NCBI GenBank assembly: GCA_965235115.1
Contig: OZ249436.1
Location: 41,108,001 to 41,172,000, forward strand
Source of the DNA: Laetmonice hystrix
Taxonomy: Eukaryota
DNA length: 64,000 bases
Direction: 5' to 3'
Below the pieces are notes generated by a model. The model did not search any database and was not told the origin of the DNA. It saw only the letters and a program-made list of their open reading frames with translations. Position 1 is the first letter of the stretch, and each line of letters begins with the position of its first letter. This document shows, piece after piece, positions 24,555-36,862 of the stretch. The position numbers were made by a program, and so were the translations under genes.

Positions 24555-27500
24555 TCATTTGTCTGTCTCAGTTTTTTTAGTTTTTTTAGCTGGAGGGGCG
24601 TCCTCCTCTTCAGGGGAACTTGTTCCTTTAACAGACTTTTCTGGGTGATCTTGTCCTTCGACCTTTGACCCTGCTGCACTACTCGACCTAATTCCTTGAC
24701 TACCTTCCCCTGTTGAAATGGACGCTGCTTTGGGGATGCCCGACAAGATTTCCTCTGAAATTCAAAGGATATCTTTGTAAATATTCTACCACCCCTAAAA
24801 CATCGCCCATTGTATCCCAAATAGAACTCTATGGCAAAGAAAACGTTGGCATAATTAAATTTCTTGATATTGGCCTCAAATCTGCCCCTATCTGTGGTTG
24901 TTTACAAACATGTAACCAGTGCAGTTCTGTGTGCTTTCTTCCCCCTTTATGTCGTCCTATCACTTGCTTTACATTTAAAAATTTAGATATCCTTTTTCTG
25001 ATATTTATAGGCCACTGCCAGAACAAAAGTATTCATAAACGCCAGGACCTGATGGCGACAGCAGTTGTTTTGGTGGCTTGTTGAGGGATAAACTTTCCTT
25101 GCGATTCTCCCTTTACTTTGGGACAAACTCAACCAGAAATGTTGGTCAGCCTTATTCTAAGACTGTTTATGATCTCAACATGAGAAGGGTCCCATATAAA
25201 TTAATTAAATCGATTTTGTTGTTTCGAATCTACGGGTAAAGTGATAAGCAGAAATACAACAGATCTATGAGATAAATGAGATCCAGTTCATTGCACAAGC
25301 AAAACGTTTGACTTTAGTTTGAATCTTTCATATACAAAGTAGATATCAAATGTTGTAACTTCACAGATAAAGTGTAACCTTAAACCTACCATCCTAAAGA
25401 TTAATTCTCTCTACGAATTAACAAAAACTATAATCACGCAGGGATGCCAGCTTCTTCTCACCTGTTTTTAATGTGTAGGTGTCACTGTAGAACGTAGAAC
25501 AAGCATTGGATTCTGCATCAAAGTTAGCCGAACCTCCAAAGACAACAAGGTGGTCTCCTGCAACCGTCGCTGTGTGAAGTCCCCGTGCTTTGGGCTGTCC
25601 ACCTTGGACTGCAGGCTGCAACCACTGTAGTGTCGCTGAAACAAAGATAGGACCATACTAAAGAAAATCACACAACTAGGGAAATGAGGAAATATATAGA
25701 CGAGGATATATATCTTTATTACATCCTTGTCTAATAGTCACAGGAGTGAACAGTTCATGAGTTTGACACCAGGTGGCAAATTTGTCTAATATAAAATATC
25801 AAAATACAGCATACTCAGTGCCTGCCTTATGAAATCAGCACGGGAGCAATCAAACAATCCCGTATGTCATGTAAGGGGAGCTGAATGGGAGTGATACCAG
25901 ATGGGCCTCCCCCCCCCCCCCAAATCGAAAATGAGGAAGGAAAATCATACATTGGGAAGTATTGATACAAGGTTAGAAGTGAAAATTCTACTCCTAGGCT
26001 GGGGGTTTGGCAGCCCCCAACAGGGTCCCGGGCCAGTGTGCGGCCCAGGGGGGCAAAGCCCCCTTAAGCTGAATTTTAAGCTGTTCCCTACGTCCCAAGG
26101 TTCACTGGCTAATTTCTCTGGGGTTTCACAATGATTTCAAACAGGAAAATTTTCAGGGAGCCAATAATTACCTCAAAATCTGAAGAATTAATACTTGTGT
26201 AAAATCAATGCAAAACTACCAGATATCTGACTTTTTCCGACGTTTAAGGAAATTCAGACTTGTGATGGAAAATCTGACCTGGTACAAATAGACCCAGTCA
26301 AATTCCGTGATCCTTGCCAGGAAATTCCGTTTTGAATTTTTAAAATTCCGTTTTTTTTCCGTTTCAGTATTTTCAGAGTATACAGGGTGTCCCAAAAAAT
26401 GCACAACCATATCTGCACACCTGTCACATTTGCGAGTCCAGTCTGTTTGCTCTAAGAAGAGCTCGAACATATTCATGACCCTCCCATCCCACTCCTCTAG
26501 AGGGTCCAGCCAGGCCAACCCAGGTCCCAGCTACACTGTATATATATACGGTCGGCTGGGGAATTAGTAGTAAAAAAGACGTTTTCCGTTATTTTCCGTT
26601 TTACCTTGGAAATTCTGTTTCAAATAGTAAATTCCGCGATTCCTTCCGCGATTCCGTGATCGTGGAAATTGACTGGCTCTATACAAACACTGGTTAAGCC
26701 TCCAGTGCCTGGTTATTTCCCCATGTATTAATCTTTATTGAGTGGATTAAGATTTCTAGACATCAATGCGAATGTGTGGGAAATTCCCTCAAGCATGGTA
26801 CACTTTGACTAAATTAAAGCAACGAATTATAGCCTTAAACCTTAGATGAGTCCACCTGTTGATTATGTCTATGGGAGCGATCGTTTTCAAATTTACGGGC
26901 ACGTATGGGCACAAGAGCGATCGCTCCCGTCTATTGGCAGGGTCTGCATTCATTTGTAATATCCAACCCAAAGTCCCAAATATAACTCGAAACCATTGTC
27001 AGGGCACCACACCAATTTGGTCTGACCCAGTTTTGCTGCTTTTGCATGATGTCAATTTTTAAAATCTTGCCAAACTGAAGCCATGTTACAAGTTTTGTTA
27101 AATCAGCAAGATTTTTTTCAAGATATCGTTCTGAAAGTTGAAACATCAGATTGATCCATAGCCATGGCAGGACTGATTGTAGAATATGTGCTATCAAGCT
27201 TCTCTGGTATTGTGCCACCAGAGGTAATTAAGGAAAATATATTTTGCTGTAAAAATTTGATGTCTTAATGGTTTGTTACTTACTAGTGTCAAAGATATTG
27301 AAGTCATTGAAGTGTTGGTGTTTGAGTCCCCGACCTCCGAATACAACAATCCGAGATCCAACTGTTGTTGCCGAGTGATATGACCTGGGCTCGGGCTGCT
27401 GACCTTTGATATTCATCGTTTCCCATTTTCGTGTTTCTAAACAAAGTTTCAAATATCTATTATTTATTGTGACTATACCGCAAATAGGGAAAGAAAATTA

Positions 27501-30500
27501 CCACAACAGGCATGCAAGACGGACAACTTTATTCGTTTCTAATACTACTATGTAACAGAGAGTAAACATTTGATAGAAACTGCTCTTTGTTTATAAAAAG
27601 AGGGGGAACCCTCCCCCCCCTATTTTTTTAGCACATATCAAGTCATATAGTGATAGTTAAAATTCACCTGTATTGAAGACGTGGATATCATTTCGCCTAG
27701 CTTCACTATCCCGGCCACCAAATATACACAAATACTTGTTGAAAGCACACATTGCATGCGCTGCACGTGGTGTTGGAACGCCTAGGTTCATCTGCATTGG
27801 GCTGGACCATGTATTTGATGCTATATAAAAAAAAATAGACAAGATACTCAGGAAATTTAAATCTAGAAAATAAGTTTGAAAATTACAACTTAAATGACCA
27901 CAGAAAAATAATGGTAAATATTAATTAAAAAACACTTTAAATTAGGGAGAGTTTGAAGAAAACACAGATATCACTAGTTTCCCAGTCATAAATGTCAACA
28001 GCCATGCAGATGAAACAAATTAAAATTTAAAGATAAATCCACTTGAATTATTGTCAACATTGAAGCTTACTTGTATCAAGGATGAAGAGATCATTAAACC
28101 AGCCGAATTGGGCAGCTTCCTGGTCTTGGGGAGCATCACCTTCATCCTCCCACTCCTCGTCATCATCACCCTCAGCCTGGACAGATGACACAGAAAACAA
28201 AATGTTCAGGGTGAAACTGATCACCAACCACACAGACTACCTCTGACACGGGAAGCATCACCTTCATCCTCCCACTCCTCGTCATCATCACCCTCAGCCT
28301 GGACAGATGACACAGAGAACAAAATGTTCAGGGTGAAACTGATCACCAACCACACAGACTACCTCTGACACGGGAAGCATCACCTTCATCCTCCCACTCC
28401 TCGTCATCATCACCCTCAGCCTGGACAGATGACACAGGAAACAAAATGTTCAGGGTGAAACTGATCACCAACCACACAGACTACCTCTGACACGGGAAGC
28501 ATCACCTTCATCCTCCCACTCCTCGTCATCATCACCCTCAGCCTGGACAGATGACACAGAAAACAAAATGTTCAGGGTGAAACTGATCACCAACCACACA
28601 GACTACCTCTGACACGGGAAGCATCACCTTCATCCTCCCACTCCTCGTCATCATCACCCTCAGCCTGGACAGATGACACAGAAAACAAAATGTTCAGGGT
28701 GAAACTGATCACCAACCACACAGACTACCTCTGACACGGGAAGCATCACCTTCCTCCTCCCACTCCTTGTCATCATCACCCTCAGCCTGGACAGATGACA
28801 CAGAAAACAAAATGTTCAGGGTGAAACTGATCACCAACCACACAGACTACCTCTGACACGGGGAGCATCACCTTCATCCTCCCACTCCTCGTCATCATCA
28901 CCCTCAGCCTGGACAGATGACACAGAAAACAAAATGTTCAGGGTGAAACTGATCACCAACCACACAGACTACCTCTGACACGGGAAGCATCACCTTTATC
29001 CTCCCACTCCTCGTCATCATCACCCTCAGCCTGGACAGATGACACAGAAAACAAAATGTTCAGGGTGAAACTGATCACCAACCACACAGACTACCTCTGA
29101 CACGGGGAGCATCACCTTCATCCTCCCACTCCTCGTCATCATCACCCTCAGCCTGGACAGATGACACAGAAAACAAAATGTTCAGGGTGAAACTGATCAC
29201 CAACCACACAGACTACCTCTGACACGGGGAGCATCACCTTCATCCTCCCACTCCTCGTCATCATCACCCTCAGCCTGGACAGATGACACAGAAAACAAAA
29301 TGTTCAGGGCGAAACTGATCACCAACCACACAGACTACCTCTGAGACAGGGAGCATCACCTTCATCCTCCCACTCCTCGTCATCATCACCCTCAGCCTGG
29401 ACAGATGACACAGAAAACAAAATGTTCAGGGTGAAACTGATCACCAACCACACAGACTACCTCTGACACGGGGAGCATCACCTTCATCCTCCCACTCCTC
29501 GTCATCATCACCCTCAGCCTGGACAGATGACACAGAAAACAAAATGTTCAGGGTGAAACTGATCACCAACCACACAGACTACCTCTGACACGGGGAGCAT
29601 CACCTTTATCCTCCCACTCCTCGTCATCATCACCCTCAGCCTGGACAGATGACACAGAAAACAAAATGTTCAGGGTGAAACTGATCACCAACCACACAGA
29701 CTACCTCTGACACGGGAAGCATCACCTTCATCCTCCCACTCCTCGTCATCATCACCCTCAGCCTGGACAGATGACACAGAGAACAAAATGTTCAGGGTGA
29801 AACTGATCACCAACCACACAGACTACCTCTGACACGGGGAGCATCACCTTCATCCTCCCACTCCTCGTCATCATCACCCTCAGCCTGGACAGATGACACA
29901 GGAAACAAAATGTTCAGGGTGAAACTGATCACCAACCACACAGACTACCTCTGACACGGGAAGCATCACCTTCATCCTCCCACTCCTCGTCATCATCACC
30001 CTCAGCCTGGACAGATGACACAGAAAACAAAATGTTCAGGGTGAAACTGATCACCAACCACACAGACTACCTCTGACACGGGGAGCATCACCTTCATCCT
30101 CCCACTCCTCGTCATCATCACCCTCAGCCTGGACAGATGACACAGAAAACAAAATGTTCAGGGTGAAACTGATCACCAACCACACAGACTACCTCTGACA
30201 CGGGGAGCATCACCTTCATCCTCCCACTCCTCGTCATCATCACCCTCAGCCTGGACAGATGACACAGAAAACAAAATGTTCAGGGTGAAACTGATCACCA
30301 ACCACACAGACTACCTCTGACACGGGGAGCATCACCTTCATCCTCCCACTCCTCGTCATCATCACCCTCAGCCTGGACAGATGACACAGAAAACAAAATG
30401 TTCAGGGCGAAACTGATCACCAACCACACAGACTACCTCTGAGACAGGGAGCATCACCTTCATCCTCCCACTCCTCGTCATCATCACCCTCAGCCTGGAC

Positions 30501-33500
30501 AGATGACACAGAAAACAAAATGTTCAGGGTGAAACTGATCACCAACCACACAGACTACCTCTGACACGGGGAGCATCACCTTCATCCTCCCACTCCTCGT
30601 CATCATCACCCTCAGCCTGGACAGATGACACAGAAAACAAAATGTTCAGGGTGAAACTGATCACCAACCACACAGACTACCTCTGACACGGGGAGCATCA
30701 CCTTTATCCTCCCACTCCTCGTCATCATCACCCTCAGCCTGGACAGATGACACAGAAAACAAAATGTTCAGGGTGAAACTGATCACCAACCACACAGACT
30801 ACCTCTGACACGGGAAGCATCACCTTCATCCTCCCACTCCTCGTCATCATCACCCTCAGCCTGGACAGATGACACAGAGAACAAAATGTTCAGGGTGAAA
30901 CTGATCACCAACCACACAGACTACCTCTGACACGGGGAGCATCACCTTCATCCTCCCACTCCTCGTCATCATCACCCTCAGCCTGGACAGATGACACAGG
31001 AAACAAAATGTTCAGGGTGAAACTGATCACCAACCACACAGACTACCTCTGACACGGGAAGCATCACCTTCATCCTCCCACTCCTCGTCATCATCACCCT
31101 CAGCCTGGACAGATGACACAGAAAACAAAATGTTCAGGGTGAAACTGATCACCAACCACACAGACTACCTCTGACACGGGGAGCATCACCTTCATCCTCC
31201 CACTCCTCGTCATCATCACCCTCAGCCTGGACAGATGACACAGAAAACAAAATGTTCAGGGTGAAACTGATCACCAACCACACAGACTACCTCTGACACG
31301 GGGAGCATCACCTTCATCCTCCCACTCCTCGTCATCATCACCCTCAGCCTGGACAGATGACACAGAAAACAAAATGTTCAGGGTGAAACTGATCACCAAC
31401 CACACAGACTACCTCTGACACGGGGAGCATCACCTTCATCCTCCCACTCCTCGTCATCATCACCCTCAGCCTGGACAGATGACACAGAAAACAAAATGTT
31501 CAGGGCGAAACTGATCACCAACCACACAGACTACCTCTGAGACAGGGAGCATCACCTTCATCCTCCCACTCCTCGTCATCATCACCCTCAGCCTGGACAG
31601 ATGACACAGAAAACAAAATGTTCAGGGTGAAACTGATCACCAACCACACAGACTACCTCTGACACGGGGAGCATCACCTTCATCCTCCCACTCCTCGTCA
31701 TCATCACCCTCAGCCTGGACAGATGACACAGAAAACAAAATGTTCAGGGTGAAACTGATCACCAACCACACAGACTACCTCTGACACGGGGAGCATCACC
31801 TTTATCCTCCCACTCCTCGTCATCATCACCCTCAGCCTGGACAGATGACACAGAAAACAAAATGTTCAGGGTGAAACTGATCACCAACCACACAGACTAC
31901 CTCTGACACGGGAAGCATCACCTTCATCCTCCCACTCCTCGTCATCATCACCCTCAGCCTGGACAGATGACACAGAGAACAAAATGTTCAGGGTGAAACT
32001 GATCACCAACCACACAGACTACCTCTGACACGGGGAGCATCACCTTCATCCTCCCACTCCTCGTCATCATCACCCTCAGCCTGGACAGATGACACAGAAA
32101 ACAAAATGTTCAGGGTGAAACTGATGTGGAATGTCTGATTGATTAGTCTGTGACTAACCACACAGATTGCCTCTAATGCTGGTTCCACACCAGAGCAAGA
32201 CAACGACAAGACTCCGACAAGACAATACCAATACAAAACTTGTTGAACCTGTTAATTTCTATTATGCCTTCCACACTGGGCCGGCAACGGCAAGACAAGA
32301 ATGGTCCGACAACAGCAAGACAACGACAAGACAAAACAGAGATGAGCCATGTTCATCTTTTGTCTTGTCGGGCTGTTGTCGGAAGGGAGACCGAGAGGCT
32401 CCCGAGGTGGCTTGCCGGCTGCCGGCCTATCCGACACGGAGAGGCAAAGAGCTACAAGAGACGGTCTCCTTCTGCCGGGGGTTGTGGCGTGTTGCAACAG
32501 TTTGCAACTGGTTTTTACCGTTTTCTGCCCAGGGTGGCTGCCCCAGCCTAGTTCGAATCTGATTCTGAAGGCAGACTGCCGTCCGAGAAAGGGAGAGAGG
32601 GCCAAGACCATGGGCATCGCTAGGATTTTTTTCCAGGGGGGGGGGGGCACACGCTAGGTGTTTTTTCAGGGGGGCAGACAACCTGATATTGAGGGTGGAG
32701 CCAATCACATTGGCGTTTCACGTTAAATTTAATACAGGTTATTAACCCCCCTCCTCCCGCGACGCCCATGGTCAAGACTGGCAAGAGTCTTTTGGACTGC
32801 CAGGGCCATGCACCTCCCCCCCCCAACACACCCACACACACTTTTTAGAAAGTTAATTTTCCCTCCTCTGCCACTAGAGAGTTCTGTTCATCTTTGTATT
32901 GTAGTTGTCTTGTCGTTGTCTTGCTGGTCTGCCCTTCCACACAGTGTGAATACCACACCAGCAAGACATTTTAACTTTGTATTGGTATTGTAGTTGTCTT
33001 GTCGGTGTCTTGTCGTTGTCTTGCTCTGGTGTGGAACCAGCATAAGTCTAACATGGCATGGGGTCGGCAAAGGGCAGTGACAGAAACAGACAATTACATA
33101 GGTCCTGTATTTTATGGACATGTCAGTCAGAATTTTTAGGACAGATGGTCAGAAAGTCAATACCACTGCAGAAACATCTTGCCAAATCATCCAGTCATGG
33201 ACCCCAGTCAGCCAGGCTGATGCACCTCTCCTGATAGAACTTGAATTATTAATTATCATCATCTCAGTGTTAAAGCAATCACCATGTATCTCTCATTTCA
33301 ATGACTCCAAAATGCAGACATGGGCTGTTAGATAAATGTTTACCCGAAGAAATTGAGAAATCAGTCAGGGCTGCTATTAGTGTGCGTATCAGCGTAAATA
33401 AGCAGAGTTCTAGCCAAATACGCTGAGAGAAAATCTGTAAATAAGTCAAACACAAACAAATATTCTAATCGTATGATACGGAGCATAGCCCACCCCTCCG

Positions 33501-36461
33501 CATTCTTGTTACCCCAGTTTTTCTGCTTTATTTTAAGTGAGATATTACCTGTAGTTCTTCAAGGGCAATCTGCGGACCAAAGCCACCAAACAAGTACACG
33601 GAATTCTTGACGACAGCCGTGGCCAACTTGTCCCTTGCTGATGGCCCTTTTCCTTTTGTTTCCACAGTACTCCATTGATTAGATTCTGCATCAAATCATA
33701 ATGCCAAATAGTTTTATTTTTCTTTTATAGATCAGGGATGAAAATGGCTAACAATGGAAAACATGAAAAATGCGGAGACATCATGATATTATTCTATTTA
33801 GAACATTTGATTTTAGGGAAAACTGCAGAAATCCACGGGTCGGACCGCAGAAGATTCTCATCCATGTTTTATGCATAGATCTGTCCATTGCATGTTATTG
33901 TACCTTACAGATACAGTATTGCTTGGGGTGGAATTATCTTCCTGTTATAATGCTAGATGCTATAAAGTCAAATTTTAAGGATCTACCCACCTGTGTCAAA
34001 CTTATGGACGCCTTCCAGCCAGCCTACCTCCCCACTTAAACCACCAAACAGGTAGAGACTGGTGCCAACAGCTGCCAAGGAGGCTGCGTACCTTGCAACA
34101 GGAGGACTTCCACCAACCACCACCTTGCTCCATGTGCACGAGTCTGCAACAAGAAAAGTGATGTGGGCCAAGTTAAAGGTGTGGGCCCATTGGTCCAACA
34201 GCCCATTGGTCCGACAGCCCATTGGTCCAACAGCCCATTGGTCCGACAGCCCATTGGTCTGACACCCTATGGGTTAGAGTTAAGGTTAGGTTTAGGATTT
34301 TCCCATTGGTCCGACAGTCCATTGGTCCGACAGCCAAAGTGGGCTGTCAGACTATTGGGCTGTCGGACTAATGGACCTAGACCCGTGTTAAAGGGGCACA
34401 AAATTGGAAGAATCACACTTTCTAATGGCTTTTGAATCTTTTGTGAGGCATTCTATAGTTTATTACAAAACATAAAAAAATTTGGTGAAATCCGTTGTCT
34501 TGGCCAAGAAATGGCATATCATCCAACATCCATTCAGCAGCATCGTAGACGGGCCCCCTTGGGGCCCCCTCTACAATAAAATGCTAAAACAATATCATGA
34601 GCATTCATTTTAGCAAATGGGATACGATCATGAGCGTGAGGAACACCTGGTTCAAGGTGAAAATGACCCAGGGGGTGGTTCAATAAGGGCAATTAAAAAT
34701 CTCCAGATCTAGATGATAGACCCCATGCACCCCAGATCCACTGCAGGGCTCGAAAAAGATTTACCAGTTTTACTTGCCCGAACTTGCCCTTCGGGCAAGT
34801 AGTAACCAAGATATACTACACAAACCTTAAATTTTACTTGCCCAGAGACATATTCTAGTCGTCTCGGACGATCGGACGTAGGTTTTTTCGAGCCCTGCAC
34901 TGGCAGTCAGGGTTTCCGCCAGAAAATAATTAATGGGGGGGGGGACGGGCGAGCCCGCCGAAGGCGTGCCGGAACGGGGGGGTCTGGGGGCCCTCCCCCA
35001 GAAAATTCTTTTTCAGGAACTCCGGAGATGCGTTTTTCTGGCCTCTCAGAGCGAGAATCTTCACTAAATCTACCACCAAAAAATCCACAATTTTTACGCC
35101 CAAAACACAAAATTAGCAGTGACAGCAAACAGAATCATACCAACGTTTTAAATAAATGCATCATTACAATATTATTCGACATCAGAAGGGAGGATTGTCA
35201 GGATTATTCATAGACATTTCGTTGTCGACGTTGAAACTATGTTCAGATACCTTTAAAAAAAACACTGCTCTGCAGATTGATGGGGGGGATATCCCCCTCA
35301 TGTCCCAATCATGGGGGGGGGATAAATCCCCCCCGTCCCCCCCCCCCTCTGTATGAAACCCTGGCAGTCCAGATCCATGGGGGGCTAAGGTGGCTCCAGC
35401 CCCTCCCAAATTCTGGACAATGTTATTTATATATGATTCAATTACGATCATTTTTATCATATATTTGAGGTCTAGTCCTAATAATCTGTTTTTGCCTGAT
35501 GGTAAGCTCCCCTGAAAAATTCCTGGATCCACCTATGGGAACTGCCATGTTTTGGCTTTGAAGTTTGCTTTCGATGAATGCCATATGGCGACCAGGCTAG
35601 TTTGCCTTTGCAGTTTTGCCCTTTTTGCTTTTGCCAGGTTTGGCCCCGCCAGTTAATTAGGGGGCCACCATATATCTTTTTTTCCTTTTTTTTTCATAGG
35701 ATGGGATGAACATTTTTTAATAAGTTCCTTATTGGCATTGGTAATTCTGTAGGCATATGGATGGGTCATGTGACTGCAATCCTGGATTCTTATTCGATGA
35801 TGTTGCAAGAATAGCAGATTATTTTTAATTAGTGCAGGCCTAATTAACAACAATTTTGTGACTACTAAACTAAAACTAACATCTGACGGCAGAATAACCA
35901 CTGGCACTGGCACTGCGTTATTTATTTCACCCGAGTTTGAGGATAAAAATAATCCCACCATGCCTGGTGACAATTTATTTATTTTACCCATTTGCCCACG
36001 AAATTATTTGCTTGGGTGCCATTGCCCCCCCCCCCCCTCCCCCGGGCGTCTGTGATCACACGTGACGTAGCGTGGCGTAGGGCTTCACCATGATCACGCT
36101 GGTCGGCTGGTGCCGTGCCGTGCCGTGGTGGCCCCCCCTCAAAAAACAGGCCTCAGACAGACTGCACCCCCCCCCCCCACACACACACACACACGCCCGG
36201 GCATTGCGCAAGCTTCCACAAGTTCCAGCTTTGCCACTCACCAGCATCGAAGCACAATAGTTCATTGGTTTCTTTGTTGACGCCGTCGGCGGTCTGGATG
36301 ACTCCGCCGAAGACGAACATCTTGTTGCCGACCGCAGCCGCACAGTGGCCTTCGCGGGCCGGGTAGGGACAGTCTTGGTCCTCCTTTTTCCAAGTCACCG
36401 ACACATCGTTGTCGAGACGATCTCCATAAGCTAGATTTGGTTGGCTTGTTTCATTACCCAT
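24555..36461 (-). CDS. Kelch-repeat beta-propeller protein (KLHDC/RABEPK-like), 8 exons, 431 aa
   Basis: Minus-strand exons 36461-36242, 34143-33991, 33685-33549, 28176-28071, 27820-27668, 27436-27284, 25635-25462, 24754-24555. Introns are GT-AG and the total of 1296 nt is in frame. Six Kelch repeats: PYPAREGH..FVFGG, PVARYAA..YLFGG, PSARDKL..YLFGG, PTPRAAH..CIFGG, PEPRSYH..VVFGG, PKARGLH..VVFGG. Confidence 0.92.
26289..26681. mobile_element. MITE with 6-bp TSD in Kelch intron 6
   Basis: TAGACCCAGTCAA / TTGACTGGCTCTA, flanked by TACAAA (26283-26288, 26682-26687). Contains a Tc1-like TACAGGGTGTCCCAAAAAA end near 26381. Confidence 0.75.
28129..32124 (-). repeat. 122-bp tandem array of the Kelch intron3/exon4 boundary, 33 acceptor copies
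   Basis: Unit on the minus strand: ...ttttgttttctgtgtcatctgtccag|GCTGAGGGTGATGATGACGAGGAGTGGGAGGATGAAGGTGATGCT.... Exon-start positions run from 28176 to 32080, which is exactly 32 x 122 bp. Confidence 0.97.
32177..33042. mobile_element. PIF/Harbinger-type MITE (TAA TSD) with long TIRs
   Basis: TGCTGGTTCCACACCAGAGCAAGACAACGACAAGAC / GTCTTGTCGTTGTCTTGCTCTGGTGTGGAACCAGCA, with TAA at 32174-32176 and 33043-33045. Confidence 0.9.
32609..32770. mobile_element. Nested MITE with 8-bp TSD (hAT-like)
   Basis: CATGGGCATCGC / GCGACGCCCATG, with flanks GCCAAGAC / GTCAAGAC. Confidence 0.7.
34183..34378. mobile_element. MITE with 16-bp subterminal tandem repeats
   Basis: (cccattggtccgacag)n, then a gggttagagttaaggttagg core, then inverted tgggctgtcggactaatgg copies. 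Confidence 0.65.
34744..34897. mobile_element. MITE with 5-bp TSD
   Basis: CAGGGCTCGAAAAA / TTTTTCGAGCCCTG, flanked by CACTG. Confidence 0.85.
34908..35363. mobile_element. MITE with 5-bp TSD, adjacent to the previous element
   Basis: CAGGGTTTC / GAAACCCTG, flanked by GCAGT (34903-34907, 35364-35368). Confidence 0.75.
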
Positions 36462-36499
36462 TGTAGAGTATCAGGTATTAAAGTTATCAAATCTATCAA

Positions 36500-36862
36500 G
36501 TTTTTATCTACAGTGACTGCGACCCGTGCCCGTGGCGCATTTCACGGAGGTGTAAAATTTCCCGCGAAATTTTATCAAGCGCAATGCATGACGGGTGTTC
36601 ATTGATAATATGACGCAGTTTTTATTATATCCATTAATGTAGCTTAAAACATAGATATTAATCTGTAGAATAGGTTTAGAATATAAAATGGGGCATGACT
36701 GGCTGTTTCAAATGCGGTATGATAGCTGGCAAGCATTTCGCGATCGAGAAGCAAACCGAAAATGACGTAAGCGGCCGACGTTGGTGGAGCGAGGCTGCTG
36801 AGAAAACGTGTGGAAGCGAACGACTGAGCGCTTTCTAAGTGCTCGACAGCGCACTCAGATCG
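36500..36862. promoter_or_regulatory. Putative bidirectional promoter (Kelch gene / F-box gene) with a non-coding first exon on the + strand
   Basis: CpG-containing segment just upstream of the Kelch ATG. E2F-like TTTCCCGCGAAA at 36558-36569 and CRE-like TGACGTAA at 36763-36770. A + strand donor CG|GTATGT at 36863 could splice to the acceptor at 41883. Confidence 0.5.

Noticed and set aside
28177..32080. Recursive splicing through the decoy acceptors
   Set aside because: The junction CAG|GCTGAG is a very poor donor (GC with non-consensus +3 to +6), unlike AG|GT ratchet points.
28129..32124. CRISPR-like array or coding tandem exon repeat
   Set aside because: Units are near-identical with no unique spacers and no cas genes. 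The unit length of 122 is not a multiple of 3 and has in-frame stops, so it cannot encode a repeat protein.
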